In this document: positions 39,010 through 49,595 of the stretch, piece after piece
How the letters are laid out: every line of letters starts with the position of its first letter
How positions within the stretch are numbered: position 1 is the stretch's first letter
Assembly: GCA_963713615.1 (NCBI GenBank)
Contig: CAVQMM010000001.1
Coordinates: forward strand, 3,488,001-3,552,000
DNA: 64,000 bases
From: an uncultured Chlamydiae bacterium
GTDB taxonomy: Bacteria; Chlamydiota; Chlamydiia; Chlamydiales; JAJFMA01
Direction of reading: 5' to 3'
Translations under genes and position numbers: made by a program
Notes under the pieces: model-generated
What the model saw: the letters and a program-made list of their open reading frames with translations, nothing else
The model's database searches: none
Told to the model about the DNA's origin: nothing

Positions 39010-40848
39010 TTATGCAAATTCCGAAGGTACCAATTGAGAACTTGCTTTGCGCTTCTTCGTAGACGGCTCTACAAGGACCTTAAGGATGTCTTGGTTCAAG
39101 GGTGTGTTCTCGTCGGTTTGAAGTGTCTCAATAGTCGCTGCCACACTCTGAAAGGCATTATTTTCAACTAACCAACCTGCAATTTCATATTGCCTATGCC
39201 TGGCTACTAGGTCCGTTGAGGGGAAAACCCCCTCTAAGCGGTTTTTATAATAGGAGGGGATGTCGCTTGTAAGATTGTTCAGAGCTTCTATTGTCACTAG
39301 GGGAAATGGCTCTTCAGGAAGACCTATTTGAAGGAGTTTAGTCCGTATAAGATCTTGTACATACTCTGTAAATTCAATAGGCTCTTTCTGAAAATAATAA
39401 TCACTAATATCGTTGATATTTAGATACTCATCTTCCAGCTCTTCTTTGAGCTCTTTGACTCTATTTATGAGGTCTTCACCGTTTTCGGAAAGGATGAAAT
39501 GCTGTATTTCAAGGAACTCTGAGGCAAAATCATCGTTTTCATCCGTGAATCGGATGTCGAAGATGCTTAACCGACCTGCCTCGGTGTCTAAAAATAGATT
39601 ATCTTCAGTGGAGATCAATATTGGTTCAGAGCCTGGGGGTAATTTTTCGGCAGTATCATCAAAAAAGTGTTTTGATATTGCAACAGAAGTAAAAATGCGA
39701 CAAACTTCCGGGTTGATAAGGTGCTGCCAACGCAATTTAATAAAGTCTGTAAGCATTAGATGAGCGTTATCTTCATCATCGGTCATTTTGATCATATCTA
39801 ATATGGCTAAGGCTATCTCCATATCAGCGAAGTTATCTAAAAATTCGAAAGAGAGAACAGCCATATCTTTGTGAGCTAAGTATGAATTAATTTCATGCAA
39901 TCCTTGCGGAGATATTTGATAGCCCTGACGTTGAAGAATCAGGAGAACAAGAGCTTCTTCTGGTAAGAATTCGGCGCGAAGTTCTTCGTCTCGGTTTGCG
40001 GCTGTCCCCAGAGTTGTATCTATAGAACGCATCAAGGGGGCAATCTCTTCAGCAGAAAGTAGTTTTGGCATTACCATGAGGCTGTAGCAGATATCTATGG
40101 CATCAGGCCGCAAATCATTTGACAATGGGATCACGCTATCATAGCAGAAAAAACGCGGCTGATGATTTACAGCTAACTGAATAAAGAGCTTGCAGGTTTC
40201 CTTGGCCTCATCTTGGCGATTTAAACAAAATAGTGCCTTGGCCAAATGAGTGTAGAAATACATTTTGCTAATGGGTGCAGGCATATCCGCTATAAATTTT
40301 AGCACTTGGGCTGTGGTGGCATCACCCTTAGAAAGAGCTTGTAGTATAGGTAGGAAGATGACGTCGTGACTCCCTGAGATGCCGCGAATTGAGTTTACTC
40401 GGTCCTTTAAATGAAGGATATGTTTTAAAGAAGCACAGAAAGATTTAAGTTCATTTAATGGTCTGCGAGAAAAATTATTGTTGTTATTGTTGATTAGTGC
40501 AGGAGGGGGTGTAATCGTAGTCGTATTATCGTCCAATATTGTGTTAGCACCTAGAAGTTCAGTTTCTCCCAATAGGTTAGGAATTACTACTATCGGACCA
40601 GTAAGCTGCATAGCTGAAGCATTACCAAGCTCCGAGGGATTTTCGGTTATGGAAGTCGCTAAGGTATAATTTTGAAAGATGGGATCTGCTTGAGGTGTAG
40701 GAGGTTGTTCAGAAGTCGGGTTTATTTCAGAATGAATATTTGACATAGAGATCTTTTTATTGATATTGTTGTCCATATAAACACCTTTGTTTATAAATTT
40801 AAGTATTAAGATGGTAACTATATAAAAAATTGAAATTTTAATCAACAA
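39010..40848 (-). CDS. Large hypothetical, effector-like protein
   Basis: Disordered N/T/P-rich N-terminus, helical body, C-terminal basic PSTKKRK. Confidence 0.75.
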   Translation of the reverse strand: MLIKISIFYIVTILILKFINKGVYMDNNINKKISMSNIHSEINPTSEQPPTPQADPIFQNYTLATSITENPSELGNASAMQLTGPIVVIPNLLGETELLGANTILDDNTTTITPPPALINNNNNNFSRRPLNELKSFCASLKHILHLKDRVNSIRGISGSHDVIFLPILQALSKGDATTAQVLKFIADMPAPISKMYFYTHLAKALFCLNRQDEAKETCKLFIQLAVNHQPRFFCYDSVIPLSNDLRPDAIDICYSLMVMPKLLSAEEIAPLMRSIDTTLGTAANRDEELRAEFLPEEALVLLILQRQGYQISPQGLHEINSYLAHKDMAVLSFEFLDNFADMEIALAILDMIKMTDDEDNAHLMLTDFIKLRWQHLINPEVCRIFTSVAISKHFFDDTAEKLPPGSEPILISTEDNLFLDTEAGRLSIFDIRFTDENDDFASEFLEIQHFILSENGEDLINRVKELKEELEDEYLNINDISDYYFQKEPIEFTEYVQDLIRTKLLQIGLPEEPFPLVTIEALNNLTSDIPSYYKNRLEGVFPSTDLVARHRQYEIAGWLVENNAFQSVAATIETLQTDENTPLNQDILKVLVEPSTKKRKASSQLVPSEFA

Positions 40849-41000
40849 AAAACATCTTATAATTTGAGTTGCTTGGGTCTGAAAGCGCTGCGCGCGTGTT
40901 ATTCGATGGTTTATGTAGCGCGAGACTTAAAGAACCAAAAGGGCATAAAAGACGTAAAGGACTTCCAGGAATATGCTTCCTAAGCCCTTCATGTCTTTAA

Positions 41001-41753
41001 GAGGTAATTGCAGAAGTCCGATTTTCCGAAGTCAATTTCCTGAAAATCGGATGCCGGTGAAGAGAGAGTCATTCCCTTCCCAGGCCCGAAGGGTCGATAT
41101 TGCAACAGGCCATGGCATCGCCACATAGGCCTCAACCTAACAGGTCTTTTGAGCTTATATCTCAATGACTTAGGACTTCACAATCGTATCTCGGCGCGCA
41201 GCGCTTTGGAGTGCGGTCGCTTGCGACCGCTTTTCGTTCCTTGGGACGGCAATGCTAAACGGCATTGTATGGATTCGTCGAAGGCTGCATGTACTAACTA
41301 TTTTACCCTTAGGGAATTATAGTGATGCCGTTGCACACGACCGTCGCAAGGAACCCAAAGCGGTCGCAAGCGACCGCACTCCAAAGCGCTGCGCGCCGAG
41401 ATACGATTGTTAGGCTTAGGTTGAGGCCTATGTGGCATCGCCATGGTATATGCCAAAACGGTTTTAGCAGCCTGTAGGGCTGCCATAAAGCGCATGCATA
41501 AATGGTGTTTGTAAACTGGCGTCTTGTAGCAGTCCTTCAGACTGCGAAATCCCTTCCTGGCATATACCATGGCGATGCCAGGGCCTGTTGCAATATCGAC
41601 CCTTCGGGCCTGGGAAGGGAGAAAAGCCTGTCTTTCCAGACTGGATAGTGCCATACCACACTTAAGCTCTCCAGAATCGCCTTCTCACAAAAAAAAGTGA
41701 TTTTTTTTCAAAGAATCGATCCATGAGAGCCCAAATACTTCTGCAATTACCTC
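41001..41753 (-). mobile_element. Composite MITE (reverse) with inner element 41124-41432
   Basis: Same architecture as 32495-33248. Confidence 0.92.
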
Positions 41754-41835
41754 TTGATGTCCTTTAGTCTATCCAAGGAGAACGACAAGAAGGGAGCGCT
41801 GAGCGTACTGTCAGGCCCCTCCTCCTGTTCTGATC

Positions 41836-43698
41836 TTATTCTCTTATGAAGTCACGAACGATCTGACTGGTCATTTGCTTGATCATATCGAGTCGAATCG
41901 GTCCCTTAGGCCTGCCTGCATCCCAATCGCCACACCACCAGCCTATTAGAGGTACGCCAGCCGTTTGACCCATCCAGTCCCCTGGACGCCAATGGCCACT
42001 CTCTGGATCGTTGTATGCAAAGCGATTGGTAACCCAATTACCTTGATCGCGGTAGAAGCATCCGGCGCGATGGAAGGTATTTAGCGCGATGTGAGAACGG
42101 TCGGAGTAGGAATTCGACTCCCGAGGTTTCACCACGCTGACTACTGTACCGATGAGGTTTCGGTCCCTTTGCAGGAGGTTGGCAAAACCCTGCTGCTCAT
42201 GCAACGTGTGTTGCCGCTGGCACACGCCGAGGGTTGGGCAGTAGGAGGGCGCATTGTTCACTAGCGTGTTGCGCTCTTCCCACAATTCATCAAAGAACTC
42301 ACGGCTAGCATCATCTTTGCGAACAATCATTAAGCCTGTGTTTATAGCTGTTTGGTAATCCCCATTCCAGTTGATGACATCCAGGGCAATAATGATACTT
42401 GTATCTGCATAGCCGCGGAGTTGCTCGATGGCCTTATAGGGGTCGATACCCATATTGGTAACCGGCATATCATCGTCAACCATGATATACCATTCATCAT
42501 TAGGGCTGTGTTTGTTTGACCACGGCTTGTATTTTAAACGGTAGGAATCTGGAGGATTGCCGTTATAAAGCCAGCGACGCAGCACGGCGATCTTGTTCCA
42601 GTAAGCTTCACAGTCTACTGATCGATTGTTTACCGTACAGGCATATTTTAGCAGATTTTTATCTTCAACTTCTTGGCTAAGACCCCACATTGTAGCGTAT
42701 TCAGTATGCGTTTCAGTGACAATTTTGGAGAGCTCATCGCGTTCAGGATTTCCACCAATGTAAGTCGTTCCAATGGTAATGCGTCGATTGGTCTTATTTT
42801 CAAAGAGGGTTTGATTTTTCTTTTCTTCTTCTTTTTTGCGGTCTTCCGCGGCCTGTTTTTGTGCTAGAATATCACGCTTTTTGGCTTCATCTTCAGCGGC
42901 CTTTTGCTTAGCTGCAGCTATCCTGGCGGCTTCTTCTTGATCGGCATTGCGCTTAGCATCAGCTTTCTTGGCTTCTTCTTCCTTTGCGATGCGCGCTTTT
43001 TCACGCTTTTCTGACTCTTCTTTTGCGAAGGGTTCCTTTTCACGCTTTTCGGCTTGTTGTTGGAGAGGCTTTCGTGCAATACCCTCTGGTGTGAAAACGT
43101 GGTTGGTCATTTTCCCAGTATTTGGATCCATAGGTATCTGGCTTTCGATGTCTGTCCATGTTTTCCATTGTCCTTTGAGTAGTATCTGAGGTATGGACAA
43201 CCGACCTTCGCGAAGCTGAAGCGTTGATTCATGGAGTCTATTTGCCAATATGAAGCGCTCCAATGAAGGGAAATCTGCAAAAACAGAGCGATCCACATCA
43301 TACGTGTTAGCAAGAGCCTGCCTTAGCATTTCGGTGACTTCAAACGATGGACGATTATTTTGGTACTTTTTAGCAAAGCGTAACCCATAGCTAATGGCTT
43401 CACGGCCGAGAGTTTCATCGTTGGAATTTGCCTTTAGAATATTGTGTAAAAGCTCAATTACATTAGTCGACGTGGTTTCTATGGCAGAATTGGCCATGAA
43501 CACTTGCCATCCATTGGATTGAGGGACCACTTGGATAGGAAGTTTATTTTGCATCGTTCGAATAAGTTCCGATCTGTAGTTTTCCTCTAGTCTGTAGGAA
43601 GTGGAGTCCACAATAAAAGTTCCAATGCCAGCTTCTGCGGCAAGAGGCAGCAATAAAGCAAAGCAACACGCGAATTGTAATAATCTCATAATACTCAC
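41836..43698 (-). CDS. Exported protein with charged coiled-coil linker and C-terminal GT34 (GMA12/MNN10-like) glycosyltransferase domain
   Basis: Signal peptide; YWNKIAVLRRWL, EWYIMVDDD, INTGLMIVR, EQQGF. Confidence 0.75.
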   Translation of the reverse strand: MSIMRLLQFACCFALLLPLAAEAGIGTFIVDSTSYRLEENYRSELIRTMQNKLPIQVVPQSNGWQVFMANSAIETTSTNVIELLHNILKANSNDETLGREAISYGLRFAKKYQNNRPSFEVTEMLRQALANTYDVDRSVFADFPSLERFILANRLHESTLQLREGRLSIPQILLKGQWKTWTDIESQIPMDPNTGKMTNHVFTPEGIARKPLQQQAEKREKEPFAKEESEKREKARIAKEEEAKKADAKRNADQEEAARIAAAKQKAAEDEAKKRDILAQKQAAEDRKKEEEKKNQTLFENKTNRRITIGTTYIGGNPERDELSKIVTETHTEYATMWGLSQEVEDKNLLKYACTVNNRSVDCEAYWNKIAVLRRWLYNGNPPDSYRLKYKPWSNKHSPNDEWYIMVDDDMPVTNMGIDPYKAIEQLRGYADTSIIIALDVINWNGDYQTAINTGLMIVRKDDASREFFDELWEERNTLVNNAPSYCPTLGVCQRQHTLHEQQGFANLLQRDRNLIGTVVSVVKPRESNSYSDRSHIALNTFHRAGCFYRDQGNWVTNRFAYNDPESGHWRPGDWMGQTAGVPLIGWWCGDWDAGRPKGPIRLDMIKQMTSQIVRDFIRE

Positions 43699-43789
43699 AT
43701 TTATATTTACAAAATATTTTAAGACAGTACCATTATATACATAAAAAGTATTTTTGTAAAGTGTTAATTTGCAAATTTATTTAACCAAT

Positions 43790-46387
43790 TTAATTAGATG
43801 CGCGAGCTTGAAGCCTTTGTGAAAATCCGTGCCAAAATGCCTGGTCAATAGTGGTCTCGATTCTTTCACGATGATATTCAAGAGAGCGCTCTAACCATGC
43901 ATGGTCTTCAGAGGTAGCTTGAGCATCGGAGCCATTCCATAGGAGCCATCGAATATGATTGCGATGATTGTGCATTGCTTGGTCTTCAGGAGATAGCGAG
44001 TTTATAGCAGCTTGAAGAGACTCTTGCATCATGTCCCAAAGCTCAGAGGAACCCTGGTCGTTTTTGTCCAGAAAGGTAGCTATGTCAGATAGGCATCGGC
44101 CCGTTTTTGCGAAAGCTTTTATCACCATTGCAAGAGCTTTGGCATTAGTTACTGCTTGTTGGGGTAGCCCAGTGCTCTCCACCAAAGTAGCTACCACATG
44201 GGGATCTAGCTCTGCAATGAATTGGAGACTTTGTGTGCTGAATGGTTTAGCAACACGTTCATGTCTGAGAATACCTGTAAGGCCACTAAGCTTAAAAGGA
44301 AGGATTGAATCGCTGTCAATGGGTTTCAGGTGAGGGGATCCGTATGCATCGTAGGAAATTAGGATGTCCCCAGGATGTTGGATCTCATTGTATAGAAGAA
44401 CATTCATAAGTGCGATTTTTTGAAACTCATCAAGAGATACACTATTGAGAAGAGCGTGATTTTCCAGCAGATAGGCTTCTCGAGAAGGGGCTAATCCTGG
44501 AGTGTTTTGTGGATGAAGATCAACGAGAGGTTTTGCATTAGGTACCCATTTTTGCAGATAGCCGCGTTTGGTTTGCAAGCGCGGTGGGGTATTGAGTATT
44601 TCAGCTTCTACGTCGACGAATTGGTCGCTTTGTAGCTCTACAATAGCCCCAGCGGGAAGATTAGCAATGCTTCCAAAATCCAATAGCTTAGCCAGGTGCT
44701 GGCGTATGCTAGAGCTCCCTTGTTCAAAACTAGACATTTGATGAAAGTAGATATCTTCAAACGTATGGTCTGGACCACGTTTTTCTGGGAGGCGGTTGCT
44801 AGGACCATTATTTCTCTCGTCTTCAGGTTTAAAAACAGCCACATTTTCGTTATGATGATCGACGACAAGGTAGGCACTAGTTCCGACAACAGGGACTAGC
44901 CGACCATGATTTGCTAAAACCTCATGGACTTTTTTTATGAGGGGTTTGGCTTTGCTTTCCACTTGACGAATGCGCTCATGAGCACGAGCTAGGATATTAG
45001 CAGAGATTCTGTTGTTTTCACTAAGCTTCGAGACATAACTGTTGAGTTGCTGAGAAAATTCGGACCAAAATACGCGGTTAACTGCAGCCTCGATCCTTTG
45101 GGCATCATGTGTAAGATAGTTTTCTAGCCACTTTTGATCATCTGAGGTGACATTTTTTTTGCTCCACAAAAGCCGACGAAGATAGTTCCGATGTTTCCTT
45201 TTGGCTTGGTCCTCTGAAGAGAGACTCTCTATGGCAACGGTTTCCGCCTGTTGCATCATTTGCCATAAGGCGGAGTCTTCTTCGCCCTTGCTAGCTGCAA
45301 AGTTATAAATATGAGATAGCTGAAGTCCTGCCTTAGCAAAGGCTTTTATCACGAGTGTAAGGGCTTTAGCGTTGGTGACGGCCTGCGGAGGAAGGTTTAC
45401 TTGTTGCACCAGAGCAGCGACGACTTCGGGATCTAGTTCTTCAATAAAGTGCAGGCTTTGGTTGCTGAACGCCACCTTAGCTCGGCGATGTGCCAAAATA
45501 CTTCGGAGCTTATTTAGTTTAAAAGGGAGGATAGCATCGCAATCAATAGGTGTAAGATGAGGCTCCCTTTGATCGTCAAAAGTTATTAAAAGATTTCCCT
45601 GGCGAGGTTCTGAATGATATAACGCCATATCCATGAGGTTGCCGGGATGACGATCTTCATTGTACATCAGGATGTCTAGGAGGGCGACTTTTTGATATTC
45701 ATCTAGAGATATTGTGTCTAAAAGTGGGTGATTGTCAAATTGATAGGCTTCCTCGGGAGGCGCTTGTCCGGCGATGGTCTTGGGATGTAATTCGGGGAAG
45801 GATTTAGCATTAGGTACCCATACCTGTAAATATCCTCGCTTACGCTGTTTGCGGGGGGTGATACCGAGTTTTTCGGCTTCAAGATCGACAAACTGATCGC
45901 TCTCAAGATAGGTGACAGTTCCAAGGGGAACGTTGGCTGTGCTGCCAAAGTCCAGCAGCTTTGCCAGATGTTGACGAGCCGTTGTCTGTCCTTGTTCAAA
46001 GGCGTTCATTTGATGGAAATGAATATCGTCGAGCGTGCTGTCTTGACGTCGGTGATCTGGCATGCGGTTATTTGGACCCCAGTCGCGTTCGTCTTCTGGT
46101 TTGAAAAGAGCCACGGTATTGCCATTACGGTCCAAAACGCGATAGGCGCCGCTATATCCATGCATGGGTTTCAGTCGCCCCTTATTTGCCAAGGCGTGTT
46201 GTACTTGCTTTAAGAGAGGGGCTGCGCTCTCTTCTATCTCACGGATACGATTCAAGGCGCGAGTTTCTGCATCTTCCGCCTGCTCACTACAGATGCCATC
46301 TTTGCATACGACAAAAGAATCGGCAGCTAAATTAATTGTTGAATTAAAAAGTAATGAAATGAATAGTATGACGTGATAAATATGCAT
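43790..46387 (-). CDS. Exported protein with two tandem PI3/PI4-kinase-like domains
   Basis: Domain 1: ALFKPEDE, YLQVWV, NEDRHPGN, PIDCD. Domain 2: AVFKPEDE, YLQKWV, NEIQHPGD, PIDSD. Confidence 0.85.
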   Translation of the reverse strand: MHIYHVILFISLLFNSTINLAADSFVVCKDGICSEQAEDAETRALNRIREIEESAAPLLKQVQHALANKGRLKPMHGYSGAYRVLDRNGNTVALFKPEDERDWGPNNRMPDHRRQDSTLDDIHFHQMNAFEQGQTTARQHLAKLLDFGSTANVPLGTVTYLESDQFVDLEAEKLGITPRKQRKRGYLQVWVPNAKSFPELHPKTIAGQAPPEEAYQFDNHPLLDTISLDEYQKVALLDILMYNEDRHPGNLMDMALYHSEPRQGNLLITFDDQREPHLTPIDCDAILPFKLNKLRSILAHRRAKVAFSNQSLHFIEELDPEVVAALVQQVNLPPQAVTNAKALTLVIKAFAKAGLQLSHIYNFAASKGEEDSALWQMMQQAETVAIESLSSEDQAKRKHRNYLRRLLWSKKNVTSDDQKWLENYLTHDAQRIEAAVNRVFWSEFSQQLNSYVSKLSENNRISANILARAHERIRQVESKAKPLIKKVHEVLANHGRLVPVVGTSAYLVVDHHNENVAVFKPEDERNNGPSNRLPEKRGPDHTFEDIYFHQMSSFEQGSSSIRQHLAKLLDFGSIANLPAGAIVELQSDQFVDVEAEILNTPPRLQTKRGYLQKWVPNAKPLVDLHPQNTPGLAPSREAYLLENHALLNSVSLDEFQKIALMNVLLYNEIQHPGDILISYDAYGSPHLKPIDSDSILPFKLSGLTGILRHERVAKPFSTQSLQFIAELDPHVVATLVESTGLPQQAVTNAKALAMVIKAFAKTGRCLSDIATFLDKNDQGSSELWDMMQESLQAAINSLSPEDQAMHNHRNHIRWLLWNGSDAQATSEDHAWLERSLEYHRERIETTIDQAFWHGFSQRLQARASN

Positions 46388-46576
46388 TGTTTGTTTCCTT
46401 TTTTCATAATTCCTTAATTAGTATACATATAATAAGTATTAAAAGTCAATGATGATTTAGAGTGCTGATGTGAAGGCTTACTTGATGTGCGCTTGACAAA
46501 GGATCGTGTGAAGCGGTATCACTGTCATTCCCTTCGCAGTCATGGACTGACTGTCTGGCATTAACGAATTGGAGGA

Positions 46577-46864
46577 ATGATGGACGCGATTTGTCGTACA
46601 ATTACAAACCCACTGGGTAGCATGTTTGACCAGTATCACCGCATGGCATTGGACTATAGCAAGGTTTTGGTGACTGGTCTGGCCTTGGTGGCGATCGGTG
46701 GGGTAGAGTTGGGATGCGCCGCGTGGGTTGTCACTGCACTAGCTAATCAAGTGATCTTGCCTATTCATGCTGTCGTTTCCCTAACGGTACTTGCCGTAGC
46801 TTTCGCCCTATCCACAGTAGCCCTTGTGTATTTACTTCATACGATTGTCGGGCGAAGACTATGA
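46577..46864 (+). CDS. Small protein with bilobed hydrophobic domain (Inc-like)
   Basis: GGAGG RBS; two adjacent long hydrophobic segments, no signal peptide. Confidence 0.6.
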   Translation: MMDAICRTITNPLGSMFDQYHRMALDYSKVLVTGLALVAIGGVELGCAAWVVTALANQVILPIHAVVSLTVLAVAFALSTVALVYLLHTIVGRRL

Positions 46865-47746
46865 CTCCATCGCCTTTTTCAAGGCAGGGACAAAGCGCTG
46901 GATGACGAGATCTTTTTCCACATTTAGATTGTCAATGAGAGCTCGTGGATTGGGTGTACCGCCCCAGCGTTTCTGCCGTTCAATCTTTTTGCTGTAGAAG
47001 AAGTCCTCGTCGCGGGTCCAATAGTGATTAATGCGCAGTTTATTGCCTAGGTGATAGGAACTCATGGGTGGTGCTCCTGGTAGGCAGGGACCTTCAAAAG
47101 GAAATCTATCGGTATTCACACCATAATAGCCTTCTAAGTAGATCGGAAAGTGTGGATGGGCAAAATGGGTAGCACATTCAGGCCTCACGATACTTTTCAC
47201 GTAGGTATTTTCACGGAAACTTTTAATGGAACAGCTGGTGAGGGTCTCGACAAGCAGCTGATCTGGACGCAGTTTCTTCACTCCGGAGGTACCAAACATA
47301 CGCCAATTAGCGAAAACGCCACCGAACTCCTCATAATTCGCCAACACGCGTTGAAGCGACTGGTCTTTAACGGGAAAAAGAAATTCATCGATGTCGATAA
47401 ACGCCACCCACTTGCTGACGCCGCGGGCAGACTTGAGACCCGCGGTGTAGCAGGCACACTGAAGGGGAAGATAGGCTTTAAGACTATCGCAAGGCTCTAG
47501 CACATTTGTCAGCTCCACTAAACCTGACTGAATGTAGGGCTCCAGCACCTCAAGATAGTTGTCGTTGCTGCAATGATTGCATAAATAGAAATGTTCGACC
47601 CCAACGAGTTTGTGAAATTCAATCCACTCTCTAAGGAAGGGAGCCTCGTCCTGAAAGATGGCACAAATGGACAACGTGTATTTGTGCCCTGCAAAACATA
47701 GGCTCCAAGAGGTTAGAAAGAGTATGGCGACAATTTTTTTAAACAT
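46859..47746 (-). CDS. Glycosyltransferase family 92 / DUF23 protein
   Basis: LSICAIFQDEAPFLREWIEFHKLVGVEHFYL, WVAFIDIDEFL, KSIVRP, INHYWTR. Confidence 0.9.
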   Translation of the reverse strand: MFKKIVAILFLTSWSLCFAGHKYTLSICAIFQDEAPFLREWIEFHKLVGVEHFYLCNHCSNDNYLEVLEPYIQSGLVELTNVLEPCDSLKAYLPLQCACYTAGLKSARGVSKWVAFIDIDEFLFPVKDQSLQRVLANYEEFGGVFANWRMFGTSGVKKLRPDQLLVETLTSCSIKSFRENTYVKSIVRPECATHFAHPHFPIYLEGYYGVNTDRFPFEGPCLPGAPPMSSYHLGNKLRINHYWTRDEDFFYSKKIERQKRWGGTPNPRALIDNLNVEKDLVIQRFVPALKKAMES

Positions 47747-48516
47747 TACACTCTAGCCCATATGAGAATGCGTTTGAAAGGTAAAAACATTGGCCTGAGA
47801 TCACCAAAGAAGTTCATCACACGCTCTCGATAGTGCTGCAAGAATTCGTTGTATCGCTCGGGCGACAGGTATCCTTGATAATAGGTGAGTAGAGACCCCT
47901 TGACCCACTCCACTAAGCTATCCGTTGATTCCAGAAGGTGTGGATAGATCTGAGCTCTCACGTGCTGCTCTTTGAAACCAAGTTGATTCAAGAGTTGTGA
48001 ATAGGCCTCTATGGTGAGGACAGAAGGATCTCTACCCTCCCTTAACTCTTCCTTGAAGGGAGCTTCGCTGGCCAACTCCTTGGCTATGGTATGTGAAGGG
48101 TATTCAAAGTTGTCCGGTACATGAATAGCCAGCTGACCATTTGGTTTCAGTTTGCTTTTATAGCGCGCAAAAAGCCCTTCATGATCCTTAACCCATTGTA
48201 GAGCCGCATTGGAGAAGATGAGGTCGTAGGTGTTGCTAGGACAAAATTCTAGTATATCTTGATTCTTAAAATGCAGTCCTGGAATATCCAAGGAGTTAGC
48301 TTCCTTTAGCATCGCGTCTGAAGAATCGATGCCTAAGGTCTCCTTGGCCTGGAGTGTTTGATGTAGCACTTTGGTAAGGTGTCCTGTGCCACAACCTAGG
48401 TCAACTACTGTCATGTCGGGCTGAATGGCAATCAGCTTAAGAAGGTCATAGAAGGGCTGATTGCGCTCCTTGGCGAACTTTAGGTAATGCGTGGGGTTCC
48501 AAGAATTGTTTTTCAT
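47746..48516 (-). CDS. tam: Trans-aconitate 2-methyltransferase-like protein
   Basis: WNPTHYLKFAKERNQPFYDLL, VDLGCGTG, DLIFSNAALQWV. Confidence 0.85.
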   Translation of the reverse strand: MKNNSWNPTHYLKFAKERNQPFYDLLKLIAIQPDMTVVDLGCGTGHLTKVLHQTLQAKETLGIDSSDAMLKEANSLDIPGLHFKNQDILEFCPSNTYDLIFSNAALQWVKDHEGLFARYKSKLKPNGQLAIHVPDNFEYPSHTIAKELASEAPFKEELREGRDPSVLTIEAYSQLLNQLGFKEQHVRAQIYPHLLESTDSLVEWVKGSLLTYYQGYLSPERYNEFLQHYRERVMNFFGDLRPMFLPFKRILIWARV

Positions 48517-48527
48517 AGCATATGCTC

Positions 48528-49388
48528 CTAGGCCACGAGACTAGCGTTTAAGAAGCGATCAAACACGTGATAGGTCTCTGCCTTAAATAGAATATTGAGA
48601 TGCATGGCGTTTGAAATCACTGCCCAGCACCCTTCTTTGCGCCTAACAACCGACGCTTCCGTGCCAGCATTCCAATCACCCTCCCCTGCTGAAATTTCGT
48701 AGATATTTACATTAGAACCATTGACGATACGATCATAGACCTGTTTGACAGTATCTTTCAGGCCTTCACGGCATGGTCTGATGGGGTCCTCGACGACCTT
48801 TAAACGTCCTGCTATGGCGATGACAGAGGTGATGCGATTATCTCCTACGACGCATGCTCGATGAAGTACCTGGACGCAACCAACAGAATGCCCGACGCCT
48901 ACCAAGCGATCCAGTTCTAGACCCTCTGAGCGTACATTGGCTTCAATTTGATCCAAAGCCCCGGCCATAAGAGCTTTCAGGCTATCGGAATAGCACTCTT
49001 CTGTGGGCATGTGTACGCTATAAATATGTGTGGCGGATGTCGTAGCGGCCATATCAGCGAGGTGCAGTGTGCTGTAGGGATGGCCACGATCACCATGAAA
49101 AAACACCACGACCTTAGCTTTAGCGTCGGTGCCAGGCGTTGGGGTGCCATGTAGATAGAGATGCGCCGTTTGGCTAACATTGTTGATTTTCTTTGATGTC
49201 AATGGATAAACGGTAAAATAGCCTGTTAGGCGTCGATAGGTCCATCGCACGGTGTTAGGTAGGATACCCGTGATTGTGGCGGGTAGTATGTCACCGAAGA
49301 GGATGCTGATGCCACGTCCAACGGAAGCAACAACATCGCTTAGCGCTTCCACTGGTGCCAGGAGCAGATCTGGGAATGTAACATCCAT
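48528..49388 (-). CDS. Alpha/beta-hydrolase
   Basis: VVVFFHG oxyanion motif, VGHSVG nucleophile elbow, C-terminal His. Confidence 0.8.
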   Translation of the reverse strand: MDVTFPDLLLAPVEALSDVVASVGRGISILFGDILPATITGILPNTVRWTYRRLTGYFTVYPLTSKKINNVSQTAHLYLHGTPTPGTDAKAKVVVFFHGDRGHPYSTLHLADMAATTSATHIYSVHMPTEECYSDSLKALMAGALDQIEANVRSEGLELDRLVGVGHSVGCVQVLHRACVVGDNRITSVIAIAGRLKVVEDPIRPCREGLKDTVKQVYDRIVNGSNVNIYEISAGEGDWNAGTEASVVRRKEGCWAVISNAMHLNILFKAETYHVFDRFLNASLVA

Positions 49389-49452
49389 AGAGGCACTATT
49401 TCTTTAGACAGAGTTAGCATCGTGTTAAGTCTATCCAATCACTCCTTTTGGG

Positions 49453-49590
49453 CCAAGAAGAAGGAAGAGAGGCAAGGAAGAGAAGGAGGAAGAGAAGGAG
49501 GAAGAGAAGGAGGAAGAGAAGGAGGAAGAGAGAAGAGGAAGGAAGGAGAAGAAGGAGGAAGAGAAGGAGGACGTGAGGGAAGAGAGGATT
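49453..49590 (+). repeat. Polypurine tandem repeat (GGAAGAGAAGGA-type 12-mer)
   Basis: About 120 bp of almost only A/G with a 12-bp period. Confidence 0.9.
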
Positions 49591-49595
49591 AGGAA

